Source: Nemertoderma westbladi (lineage: Eukaryota > Animalia > Xenacoelomorpha). From it: a stretch of 64,000 nucleotides of DNA. Each line of letters starts with the position of its first letter. Position 1 is the stretch's first letter. Positions 25,146 through 35,529 of this stretch are shown in pieces. The stretch covers positions 3,246-67,245 of the forward strand of contig JAUCBJ010003673.1 in NCBI GenBank assembly GCA_032718475.1. The letters are read 5' to 3'. The translations under genes and the position numbers were made by a program. Below the pieces are notes generated by a model, which saw only the letters and a list, made by a program, of their open reading frames with translations, searched no databases and was not told the origin of the DNA.

Positions 25146-27782
25146 CATTTTGTTCTTATAGTTCCGCCCGTGGCTACATTTTGTTCATATAGTTCCGCCC
25201 GTGGCTACATTTTGTTGTTATAGTTGCGCCCGTGGCTACATTTTGTTCTTATAGTTCCGCCCGTGGCTACATTTTGTTCATATAGTTCCGCCCGTGGCTA
25301 CATTTTGTTCTTATAGTTCCGCCCGTGGCTACATTTTCTTCTTATAGTTCCGCCCGTGGCTACATTTTGTTCTTATAGTTCCGCCCGTGGCTACATTTTG
25401 TTCATATAGTTCCGCCCGTGGCTACATTTTGTTCTTATAGTTCCGCCCGTGGCTACATTTTGTTCTTATAGTTCCGCCTGTGGCTACATTTTGTTCTTAT
25501 AGTTCCGCCCGTGGCTACATTTTGTTCTTATAGTTCCGCCCGTGGCTACATTTTGTTCATATAGTTCCGCCCGTGGCTACATTTTGTTCTTATATTTCCG
25601 CCCGTGGCTACATTTTGTTTTTATAGTTCCGCCCGTGGCTACATTTTGTTCTTATAGTTCCGCCCGTGGCTACATTTTGTTCATATAGTTCCGCCCGTGG
25701 CTACATTTTGTTCTTATAGTTCCGCCCGTGGCTACATTTTGTTCTTATAGTTCCGCCCGTGGCTACATTATATCCTTATAGTTCCGCCCGTGGCTACATT
25801 TTGTTCTTATAGTTCCGCCCGTGGCTACATTTTGTTCTTATAGTTGCTCCCGTGGCTACATTTTGTTCTTATAGTTCCGCCCGTCGCTACATTTTGTTCC
25901 TATAGTTCCGCCCGTGGCTACATTTTGTTCTTATAGTTCCGCCCGTCGCTACATTTTGTTCTTATAGTTCCGCCCGTGGCTACATTTTGTTCTTAAAGTT
26001 TCGCCCGTGGCTACATTATGTCCTTATATAGTTCCGCCCGTGGCTACATTTTGTTCTTATAGTTCCGCCCGTGGCTACATTTTGTTCTTATAGTTCCACT
26101 CGTGGCTACATATTGTTCTTATAGTTCCGCCCGTGGCTATATTTTGTTCTTATAGTTGCGCCCGTGGCTACATTAACTTCTTATAGTTCCACCCGTGGCT
26201 ACATTTTGTTCTTATTGTTCCGCCCGTGGCTACATTTTGTTTTTATAGTTGCGCCCGTGGCTACATTTTGTTCTTATAGTTCCGCCCGTGGCCCTATATT
26301 TTGTTCTTATAGTTCCGCCTGTGGCTCTACATTATGTCCTTATAGTTCCGCCCGTGGCTACATTTTGTTCTTATAGTTCCGCCCGTGGCCCTATATTTTG
26401 TTCTTATAGTTCCGCCTGTGGCTCTACATTATGTCCTTATAGTTCCGCCCGTGGCTACATTTTGTTCTTATAGTTCCGCCCGTCGCTACATTTTGTTCTT
26501 ATAGTTCCGCCCGTCGCTACATTTTGTTCTTATAGTTCCGCCCGTCGCTACATTTTGTTCTTATAGTTCCCCCCGTGCTGCCGTGGCTACATTTTGTTCT
26601 TATAGTTTCGCCCGTGGCTACATATTGTTCTTATAGTTCCGCCCGTGGCTACATTTTGTTCTTATAGTTGCGCCCGTGGCTACATTAACTTCTTATAGTT
26701 CCGCCCGTGGCTACATTTTATTCTTATAGTTCCACCCGTGGCTACATTTTGTTCTTATAGTTCCGCCCGTGGCTACATCTTCTTCTTATAGTTCCACCTG
26801 TGGCTACATTTTGTTCTTATAGTTCCGCCCGTAGCTATATCGTGGTCTTAGAGTTCCACCCGTGGCCCAACATTAACTTCTTATAGTTCCGCCCGGGGCT
26901 ACATGTTGTTCTTATAGTTCCGCCCGTGGCTACATTTTGTTCTTATAGTTCCGCCCGTAGCTATATCGTGGTCTTAGAGTTCCACCCGTGGCCCAACATT
27001 AACTTCTTATAGTTCCGCCCGTGGCTACATTTTATTCTTATAGTTCCACCCGTGGCTACATTTTGTTCTTATAGTTCCGCCCGTGGCTACATCTTCTTCT
27101 TATAGTTCCACCTGTGGCTACATTTTGTTCTTATAGTTCCGCCCGTAGCTATATCGTGGTCTTAGAGTTCCACCCGTGGCCCAACATTAACTTCTTATAG
27201 TTCCGCCCGTGGCTACATTTTGTTCTTATAGTTCCGCCCGTGGCTACATTTTGATCTTATAGTTCCGCCCGTGGCTACATTTTGTTCTCATAGTTCCACC
27301 TGTGGCTACATTTTGTTCTTATAGTTCCGCCCGTGGCTACATTTTGTTCTTATAGTTCCGCCCGTGGCTACATTTTGTTCTCATAGTTCCACCTGTGGCT
27401 ACATTTTGTTCTTATAGTTCCGCCCGTGGCTACATTTTGTTCGTATAGTTCCGCCCGTGGCTACATTTTGTTCTCATAGTTCCACCTGTGGCTACATTTT
27501 GTTCTTATAGTTCCGCCCGTGGCTACATTTTGTTCTTATAGTTCCGCCCGTGGCTACATTTTGTTCTCATAGTTCCACCTGTGGCTACATTTTGTTCTTA
27601 TAGTTCCGCCCGTGGCTACATTTTGTTCGTATAGTTCCGCCCGTGGCTACATTTTGTTCTTATAGTTCCACTCGTGGCTACATTTTGTTCTTATAGTTCC
27701 GCCCGTGGCTACATCTTGTTCTTATAGTTCCACCTGTGGCTACATTTTGTTCTTATAGTTCCGCCCTGGCTACATCTTGTTT
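25146..27782. repeat. Tandem satellite, 31-bp unit (TTTTGTTCTTATAGTTCCGCCCGTGGCTACA), ~85 copies
   Basis: Periodicity directly visible, with local higher-order variants at 26700-27200. Confidence 0.98.
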
Positions 27783-28655
27783 AATGATGCCGCTTCTGTG
27801 CTACCAGGGTCTGGTGGCAATAGCAACAGAAATATGAGCTATACTCTTCCAGGTTGGAATGAGTACGTACGACCATTCAAAGAAGATGCTATATTCTGGC
27901 ATAGTTTATGGTTATCCGCAGGAAAACCTAATGCGAGTTCGGGTAATTTATTCCACATGAGACGTACTTCTAGAGCACAGTATAAGTTTGCTGTGCGTAG
28001 ACTGACAAGAAAAGTAGACTTCATAAATAAGGATAAGTTACTAAATGCCTGTTTAACAAATTCTAGTATTAATATATTTTCAGAAATACGTAATTTAAGA
28101 GGCAATAGCTCCACTGGTTGTAGTTCTACTGCAGACGGTGCAACTGATGATATTTCTATTGCTAATGAGTTCGCTTCTATATATAGGGATTTATTTAATA
28201 GAGGGTACGACTCTGATTTATCATTTATTGAAAGTAGTATTAATGAACAAATTTCTAGTTTAAATTCATCGGTTTGTGATTTAATTACACCGGAATTAGT
28301 TACTTGTGCACTAAATAAGTTGAAATCTGCTAAGTCAGATGTCGATAATATTCTTAATTCAGACTGTTTAAAGAACGCTAACGTTGATTTAGCTGAACAT
28401 CTTTCTAACCTATTCAATGCATTTGTAGTACAGGGATATGTACCATTATTTTTATTGCGTTTTGCTCTTGTACCAATAATTAAAGATAAACTTGGGAGTA
28501 TGACATCTTCTACTAATTATAGGGCTATTGCGATTTCATCATTAATTATTAAAGTGTTTGAATGGGTTATACTAATTTCTCATGAAGATAACTTTAAATT
28601 AGATGAACTACAGTTTGGTTTCCAGCGCAACTCTAGTACCACTATGTGTAGCTGG
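27783..28655 (+). mobile_element. Non-LTR retrotransposon A, 5'-truncated ORF2, part 1 (clade unresolved)
   Basis: PGWNEYVRPFKEDAIFWHSLW, VPIIKDK, NYRAIAISS and QFGFQRNSST (early RT motifs). The reading continues at 46056 (..CSW|AAKETI). Confidence 0.9.
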
Positions 28656-28932
28656 TGTAAACACCCTAACACTCGGGTCCCCAATGCGACAAGGTGAGCT
28701 GACTGCCTTGGCAGATAAGCTTTCTCTTAGCGCAGTGGGTGTTCAAGAGTTCCGAATGCAGACTGGACAGACTGATGAGGTTCTGATTAAGGACATGGGG
28801 GGCGGTTGGCGACTCGCCCTCGCGTCAGCAGAAGATAGTGGCAATGGTGGAATTGGTCTATTGATGAATCCAACTGCACATGCAGCATTGGACAAAATAG
28901 ACCAAATCTCTAACCGCATCATCCGTTCATCA
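28656..28932 (+). mobile_element. RTE-like LINE B, 5' part (start of the APE endonuclease)
   Basis: VNTLTL...GELTAL...AVGVQEFR...GNGGIGLLM...ISNRII is an APE N-terminus pattern. It starts right after the TSD GTAGCTGG (28648-28655). Confidence 0.8.
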
Positions 28933-29944
28933 TGTTCAGTAAAACATATTCCTACTAAATGAAGAGACAGTAACAAATACACGAATCCTGCAATATCATA
29001 CTATAAAGTTTGTGAATCAAATCATAAATCCGACCTTCTCACCAAAACAGTAAACTCCAAGTAGGCGAATATATTGCAGTATCGGTCTCTTATAACCGGT
29101 GAGGCAGAAAACAGTCTACGAACGGACAAACTTCGATAAAACAAAATCCCGCGCAGCGAATCCTAAAATCAGGCTGACTCACTGACGGACTAAGGGGCTT
29201 GTATACTTTGCCGCGGTGTGATTTATATGGTTGGGCGAAAAGGACGCTAGCTAGGTGCAGAGATCTGGAGATGTCTAACTAGCGGGCAAAGTGCAGTACG
29301 GACAAAAGTTAATTTTATATATTTTGAGGTGTAAATAATTTCTAACGCGCGTGTGTTAATTCTGAACCGTCAAGATCAGTTTTGCTCCTTCATATATATA
29401 ATTACTGGGTACGGTGTGCATTTTACGAATATTCTAATTTTGTAACTTGTAGGTCCAATACTCACGAATGATAAGGCTCCTTCCCCTCTTGCGTATTTCC
29501 CCTACAAGTTCTAATGCAATGGACACCGTTGTACTACAAATAGTCACAGACGCACCTGTACTTAGCAAGAGTTAGGCGTACAGTTTGCTGCACCCTACCA
29601 ATGTGTATGCTTTGTACCGGTGTGCCTACGTCCTATCTGCGTACTAGTATCTCTGCCTGCTTCCCCCGTAGGAATATGAAGGTCTACTGCGGTTTTTTCC
29701 TGAATTAAAACAGTACAGTCCCTAGATGTAATTTTAGGCGTACAGCGTGTCACTACCTCTACCTTCGATCTGGGCGAATAACTAAGAGTGATATTGCGGG
29801 TTGTCTCCTGTCTACATTCCTTAGATGTTCCCGTTCATTGCTGTGGCCCGATGTTTAGCCAGCCATCCTGTCCCTCAGTTGAGTTCACCGTGGTGAAGCA
29901 TAGTAAAACAGATAGAAAAAGGGCAGATTAGCGATAATTCTGAC

Positions 29945-30215
29945 TTTATTACAGAAGATATACATAAACGTAACAAGAAACTAATAGATAACTAATAAAG
30001 ATAATCTAAAGCACGAATGATTGAGATATAGACTGAGGTTTAGATATAACTAATGAACGAAATCGCACCTTTTATACCAAATTTGTGCCGCAATCAATCG
30101 AGAAAATTCTCGATTGTTCTATGAGTTCTAACAGGTTTTTAAAGATAGCTATTGGTCCAACGAATATATAACTTGTACGACATTGGTTACAATCTAATAA
30201 CTACAATCTCATTGG
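29945..30215 (-). promoter_or_regulatory. LTR Pol II promoter and polyadenylation signals (also present in the 5' LTR)
   Basis: Minus strand: three CCAAT boxes ~30 bp apart (30151, 30182, 30211), TATAAAA at ~30069-30075, Inr-like TCAGT at ~30034 and AATAAA at 29945-29950. Confidence 0.65.
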
Positions 30216-30286
30216 TTAATCTTACTTCGAGCAAATGCAATTAATTTGTAGCGGTCAATTTAAATGAGTTGAAATTCTGCACGCAC

Positions 30287-30371
30287 AAAAAATAATTCGC
30301 ACCTACTAGGATTCGAACTCAATACACACTACATATAATTTCCAACGCTCTACCGACTGAGCTACTGAACC
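30287..30371 (-). promoter_or_regulatory. tRNA-derived Pol III cassette in U3 of the 3' LTR
   Basis: TAGCTCAGTCGGTAGAGCG (A box with perfect D-arm), GAGTTCGAATCC (B box) and TTTTTT terminator. Confidence 0.7.
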
Positions 30372-31142
30372 ACTTGAATAATCATCGTACAAATAGATAT
30401 AGCAAATACAAATGAGGACTTAATGTAATCTTTTAACAAAGTTAATTCGAATAAAATAAAAATTTTGAAAATCCACGGCATTTAGAGAATATAATTCTAT
30501 ACCGCTCCATGAAAACAGGATATTATCGTGCATAAAATATACGGTTTTCACCAATAATCAATCAAATTATAGAATACTTAGGGCGTACTTACATATTTAC
30601 AAATTAAATTTCAAACAATACTTCCTTTCTACATAATGATTCGATACAAAATAATTACAAATTCAAACTTTACATATTTAAAGCTTTACTAAGTAAGTAC
30701 AATATAAATCTAAATTAAATTCACCAAAATAAATCTATTTCATCTCGATATTGCGAAATTCAAATAATTACAAATACAAATAAATGAAAATCATAAGAAA
30801 GGCTCGCGAGTCTTCCATCTACTATTGCATCTCAAATATTGCACTTAGACTTAAATTCAAGTAATTACAAATACCTTGTGCCTAAATGTAGATTGCATAA
30901 GTTCGGAATAATTACAAATATGAGTCTTTCTAAGTACAAAACTTTCTAACTATAAAACCTTCTAAATACAAAATATAACACTTTACAAATGAAACTATAA
31001 GAAAGGCCCATGAGTCTTCCATTACAAACTCCGTTACAAACCGTACCGTTACAAACTTACTAAATATAAAATATATAACTCAAATAAATCACAAATTCAC
31101 AAGAAAGGCTCACGAGTCTTCCGTCCACCCTTGCCCTCCCTT

Positions 31143-34100
31143 TTATCGCTTAGTAGATCGAGCCCTGCCGCGTCCTCGAAAACTGCGCACAGGTGACTTT
31201 GCTCGCGATATGGGACTCGTGGGGCGAGTCACTGGTTTTGCTTGTACATTGGGAGACGGTGCGACCGTTTCCTCACAAATTCGTCTATTTGGTATCCCAA
31301 AACCTCGACCGATTCCTCGTGACCGATCAGTTGTCACTACAGTTGGTAAAACGTCTGGGAACGCGCGGGAAGCGGACGACGCAGACCCAAGAGTAGCTTG
31401 CGCCCCCTTTTGATCAGCTGGTGTATGTCCCGATCCTCCTGTTGGTTCTCTAGGAAGCGATACCGTATCCCGAGTAATTCGAATGGTCGGCTCAACTCCC
31501 TTGCGTTCTTCTATATTAATAGACTTCTTTAATTGTTGGCTCACTTTCTGGACCCTTATGATCCTACCCTGCCCGTCCTCCCGAGGGTGACGTGCAGACG
31601 GCGCAACCGGAGTGGCTGGTATATTTGTCGCCTCTAGGATCTCCTCTTCCTCGAATACGCTCGCTCGTATACGTTTGTGGTAAAACGCGGCTCGGTATGC
31701 CCACGCGACGGTTAACCAAGCTCCCTTATTCCGCCTTTCAGTTCGGAAACGATCAAATTCACCATACGTGATACGATTCACAACTTTCTGAAAATTCCAC
31801 GTATTTTTATTGTCCGGGTGAATCTGTAACAGATACTCGCGCACCACTCTAAATCCACTATCGTGAGGCAAAATATCGACTACCTCGATAAGTTCGTCAT
31901 ATTGGGGCATAGCGGAGATGTATCCTTCCGACATCATCGTTTGGGGATTTACCGCCCAAAATCCAAGATGCGCTCTCATCGGAAATCGTCTTCTATGTGC
32001 CGATACATGTTCGTCGGCTAAATCTTCCCACTCATCGAATAGTTTTCTCACGAGTTTTACAGATTCGTGTTCATAAGGTATGTCTCTTAGTTGGCATTCA
32101 GATGCTCGATGCCCTTTTATATTGCAATAAGTACATTGAGCCATAAATCTCCAGCAAGTATAAAAGGTATGAGACCCTTGATCTCCACACCATCCACAGA
32201 TTAGTTGAGTCGTAGTAATGTGCTTTCCACTGCACTTGGTCAAATGATGTCCAGCGACGCCACATTTACTACACATCGTATTGGCAGGGTACCACACTCG
32301 TTCGTATATAAGATCTCCAATTGGTCGAGCGCTTCCTCCCACACTATAATCATAATCATCTGGATCTATGGGTTGGTATGTTTCTGAAGGTTGTATACAA
32401 ACTACAGCATCTGTTGCTTCAAGTTGTCGAATCTCCGTCTGAGATTTCTTCGGGAGGTTCCTTTCTATCTCAAGAAGTTCCTCTAAAGGATCGTCAGTGA
32501 TCGTTGTCGTTACTTCGAAATCACCACCAAGGTGACCGATAGGCGCGCGCGTCTGCCGTGATTCATCCATAACCTCCACGATACGTTCTCCTTCATAGGG
32601 TAACAATGTAAACATAGATGGTCTTTCGATAAGAGATCCCGCACAGCGAAGATACACGTCTCGAAATATACTAAATCCTGCTCGAGTAAAGGCATTACAC
32701 TGAGCGTCGGAGTTGTAGAAGGGTTCAAGAAATCGTCTAAACACGTCGGTATGAATTCTCCCTTCCATGTAGAACATATGATCTTCTCCGAGACAAAGTG
32801 GATGTCTTTTAAGAGTCCGAGACACAATGTCGGCGATTAAGCAAACATTCACTGACGACTCTATTGCTAAATAATATTGTAAGACCGCTCTTGGAGGTGA
32901 CGTAATAGCCCAATACACGCATCCTCTCCATTTGAGCTGTGATTCAAACTCACTCATATCTGGAGTATCACCTTCTCCATAAGTCTCAATATACTTAGCT
33001 CTCTTACTTTCCTTATAATCCCAATTGAATAACAGGTAGGAAATGTAACCAGCTCCAGTCTTCTGAGTAATATTCTCACGAAAATATCCCTGTTCTATAG
33101 ACCACAAAATAAGAGGTCGAGTGTCGACGTACGGTGTCGGTAGTCGGTCATCGCTGTCCGTCATGCCGGCAAAGTCGCTAATTAAGTCCTCTCTTACTCC
33201 TGATCCAATCTTTACGACAGTTTTATCTAAAATCATATTTCTTACCATCTTCGGTAGCATTCTAGCATCGATATTACAAGCTTGGTCCATCTTCTTTACT
33301 ATGTCAGTGATGAGATGGTGTCGCTTTGTATTTGCTGGAGGTATCGGCATTCGTTTGTCGCTCCTCTGTCTACTGAAAACGTGCAAGACTCCGTCCGCCG
33401 CTCTAATTTGTATAGTCTTAGAAGTCAAACTCTGTTGATGACTGCCGCCCTCGTTATCGTAAAACATGTAACCATTTTCCTGAAACGATCTAAACGTTCT
33501 ATTCCATTCGTCCAACAATTCTTCCGAAGGTTGCCAAATCTTCTCTATGTCCTTATCATCTTCGAAACGAATAACCTTACCTCGCCAATCCATGGCAATA
33601 TCTGTATCCGACTCGAAGGTTCCAGTTCCAATCCATAAACGAATTGTTCTGGTTAAATATCCTTTCAAATTACTCGGAGCTATATCAGCACCAGCTCTAT
33701 CCAGTTCCCTAAAGTCTTGAATATGAGGTGGAACGTTATACACGACCTTTTGAGTAATATGTCTACGTAAATCATATATCTTACTCATATCGCTAAAAAC
33801 AACTGCAGGAAGGAACTCCAAGTTTGAAATGATTTCTGGATGATCCACGATGGGTATTTCGTACGTCGTATCCTGTCGGACTGGTATACTAATAGGAAAA
33901 TTGAGTGTCGTACTCAATGGTTTCGTAGTCGAAGTACTATATGGTTGCATTTCTCTTGTCCTCTCCGGGGATGCAATCTGTAGTCTCTGAATAACGTTTT
34001 GAGCAAAGTTTATGCTCTCGAAAACTTCCGGTGTCATCTCCTTAGCTGGAGTTTGATCGTGTGACGTCCAATGGTAAGGTAGGCTCGCGAGTCTTCCGCC

Positions 34101-34868
34101 CCATTCTACCATCTCACCTTTCTCGAAAGCCTTGTAGGCTCTGTATAGGCTAAGAGCTTCTTTCTTTTCGCGGGTTGACTGATTCGCCTCGTCCAGCATA
34201 AGTTCAAATGCATCGGGTTCAACAACCTTAGGTGGGTAAACGACAGTTTCTCCCGCCTTTGGTCCAGTCATAGCAAACGAATGATATGGATTTGATAAAG
34301 GATACCCTCCTTCCTGGTAGCGTAGTTGTTGATGGTTCGAACACCTCGCCAATATCGGTTCGGGATTTTCCTTATTCAAACGCATTGGAATCGCATTTCG
34401 TTGTTCGCGCATACAAGAACCGCATTGATAATAAAGTTTATAAACTGAAAATGCTTCCTTGGTTTCTCTATCATCCCCTCGAGTTCGTCTGTAAAGGTGC
34501 ATTCCATCGAATTCATCGCGTACCGCAGGCATAGGTTCGTGCGCCTTTAGGTATTGCATGGTATGATACAAACGACTAATTTCAGTATCGGGGTCTTCGC
34601 TAATGTCTCCCGTATCACACAAAGCGTCGTACGGGTAAAGTTCATTGAAGGTTTTGCACAAACTTTCGATTCTTTCATTTAATGCGTTTTGCCTTCTCTT
34701 TAATACATTCGAGTCATATTTAGTTCTCGCGAGTTTCGCAGTACTTTCTGATAATTCCTTTATACCAAATATAGTGTAGTCTTTGGCTCCAAATCTCTCG
34801 AATCGCGCTGCTGCTTCCTCTTGGATATCATATCCCCATCTCGGCTCTCCATGTATCTCCTTCTCCAT
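31143..34868 (-). CDS. Extra ORF of the LTR element: DEDDy (WRN/Mut-7/EXD-like) 3'-5' exonuclease-like domain, three CCHC-type zinc knuckles and a basic disordered tail
   Basis: Uninterrupted ORF (open from 34976, first ATG 34868). Exo I FYDNEG, TIQIRAADGVLHVF, Exo II LPKMVRNMILDKTVVKIGSGVREDL, YVDTRPL, Exo III-like QYYLAIES. Knuckles CSKCGVAGHHLTKC, CGWCGDQGSHTFYTC, CTYCNIKGHRASEC. Confidence 0.75.
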   Translation of the reverse strand: MEKEIHGEPRWGYDIQEEAAARFERFGAKDYTIFGIKELSESTAKLARTKYDSNVLKRRQNALNERIESLCKTFNELYPYDALCDTGDISEDPDTEISRLYHTMQYLKAHEPMPAVRDEFDGMHLYRRTRGDDRETKEAFSVYKLYYQCGSCMREQRNAIPMRLNKENPEPILARCSNHQQLRYQEGGYPLSNPYHSFAMTGPKAGETVVYPPKVVEPDAFELMLDEANQSTREKKEALSLYRAYKAFEKGEMVEWGGRLASLPYHWTSHDQTPAKEMTPEVFESINFAQNVIQRLQIASPERTREMQPYSTSTTKPLSTTLNFPISIPVRQDTTYEIPIVDHPEIISNLEFLPAVVFSDMSKIYDLRRHITQKVVYNVPPHIQDFRELDRAGADIAPSNLKGYLTRTIRLWIGTGTFESDTDIAMDWRGKVIRFEDDKDIEKIWQPSEELLDEWNRTFRSFQENGYMFYDNEGGSHQQSLTSKTIQIRAADGVLHVFSRQRSDKRMPIPPANTKRHHLITDIVKKMDQACNIDARMLPKMVRNMILDKTVVKIGSGVREDLISDFAGMTDSDDRLPTPYVDTRPLILWSIEQGYFRENITQKTGAGYISYLLFNWDYKESKRAKYIETYGEGDTPDMSEFESQLKWRGCVYWAITSPPRAVLQYYLAIESSVNVCLIADIVSRTLKRHPLCLGEDHMFYMEGRIHTDVFRRFLEPFYNSDAQCNAFTRAGFSIFRDVYLRCAGSLIERPSMFTLLPYEGERIVEVMDESRQTRAPIGHLGGDFEVTTTITDDPLEELLEIERNLPKKSQTEIRQLEATDAVVCIQPSETYQPIDPDDYDYSVGGSARPIGDLIYERVWYPANTMCSKCGVAGHHLTKCSGKHITTTQLICGWCGDQGSHTFYTCWRFMAQCTYCNIKGHRASECQLRDIPYEHESVKLVRKLFDEWEDLADEHVSAHRRRFPMRAHLGFWAVNPQTMMSEGYISAMPQYDELIEVVDILPHDSGFRVVREYLLQIHPDNKNTWNFQKVVNRITYGEFDRFRTERRNKGAWLTVAWAYRAAFYHKRIRASVFEEEEILEATNIPATPVAPSARHPREDGQGRIIRVQKVSQQLKKSINIEERKGVEPTIRITRDTVSLPREPTGGSGHTPADQKGAQATLGSASSASRAFPDVLPTVVTTDRSRGIGRGFGIPNRRICEETVAPSPNVQAKPVTRPTSPISRAKSPVRSFRGRGRARSTKR

Positions 34869-35529
34869 AATTAGAGGTGTAGTTACATAATCATTACTAC
34901 TAGAGGGAATACAACAGAGTTTGTAGTTAGTTGTGAGGAGACGTGAGAGTTTTCGTCTGCCCTTTTGGCTCGACAACGCTCTAACCTCCTACCCATAGCC
35001 TAAGATCTAGGGTTTCTTTAATGACACGCTGCTTCTTATCTAAAATTTTTTGCCGAAATAAAAACGAATTTAGGCTAAACTGGCTGTGAGTCTAAAATAC
35101 TCACCTTTTGATCCCAAACTATTATCAGAAAATAAGCAGTCAAGAATTAGTAATAAATATAGGGAAGTCTATTTTGACGTAACTTATTGAAACAAGACCG
35201 TGTAAAATTTAATTAAAATTTTTAAGAAAGGCTCGCAAGTCTTCCTCTCTTGTTTCTCTAATTTTAAGTTCCACCCCACTGTACCCTGAAATCTATTCAC
35301 TGGAGAAAATTTTAAAAATTTTTCAAATCCAAATGGATTGTCTAAAATTTCGAAAATGTCTCAATATTGTGAGTTCCAAGTAGAATTCCATTTCTTATAC
35401 CTACAAATCCCGCTCCTATGTGACACATAAGGGTACTACCCTCAATGTTCACATATAAAGACAATGGAATTCTACCGCTGTCCTTACTACAGTGTACAGG
35501 TACGTGGAAATCTATTTGTAAACTCCTAA

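Larger units (their letters stand above)
28933..30501 (-). repeat. 3' LTR (1569 bp)
   Basis: Matches 43189-45129 apart from ~10 substitutions (counted by eye) and indels of ~313, ~54, 4 and 1 bp. Sense strand TATAG...TGAACA, preceded by a short purine tract (GGAGCGG). Confidence 0.93.

Noticed and set aside
25146-27782. CRISPR-like array (31-bp repeats; likewise the 32-bp array at 1-4776)
   Set aside because: Units are head-to-tail with no unique spacers, there are no cas genes, and the context is eukaryotic.
31143-34976. Extra ORF as an envelope glycoprotein
   Set aside because: No signal peptide or C-terminal TM helix seen; cysteines fall in zinc-knuckle patterns.
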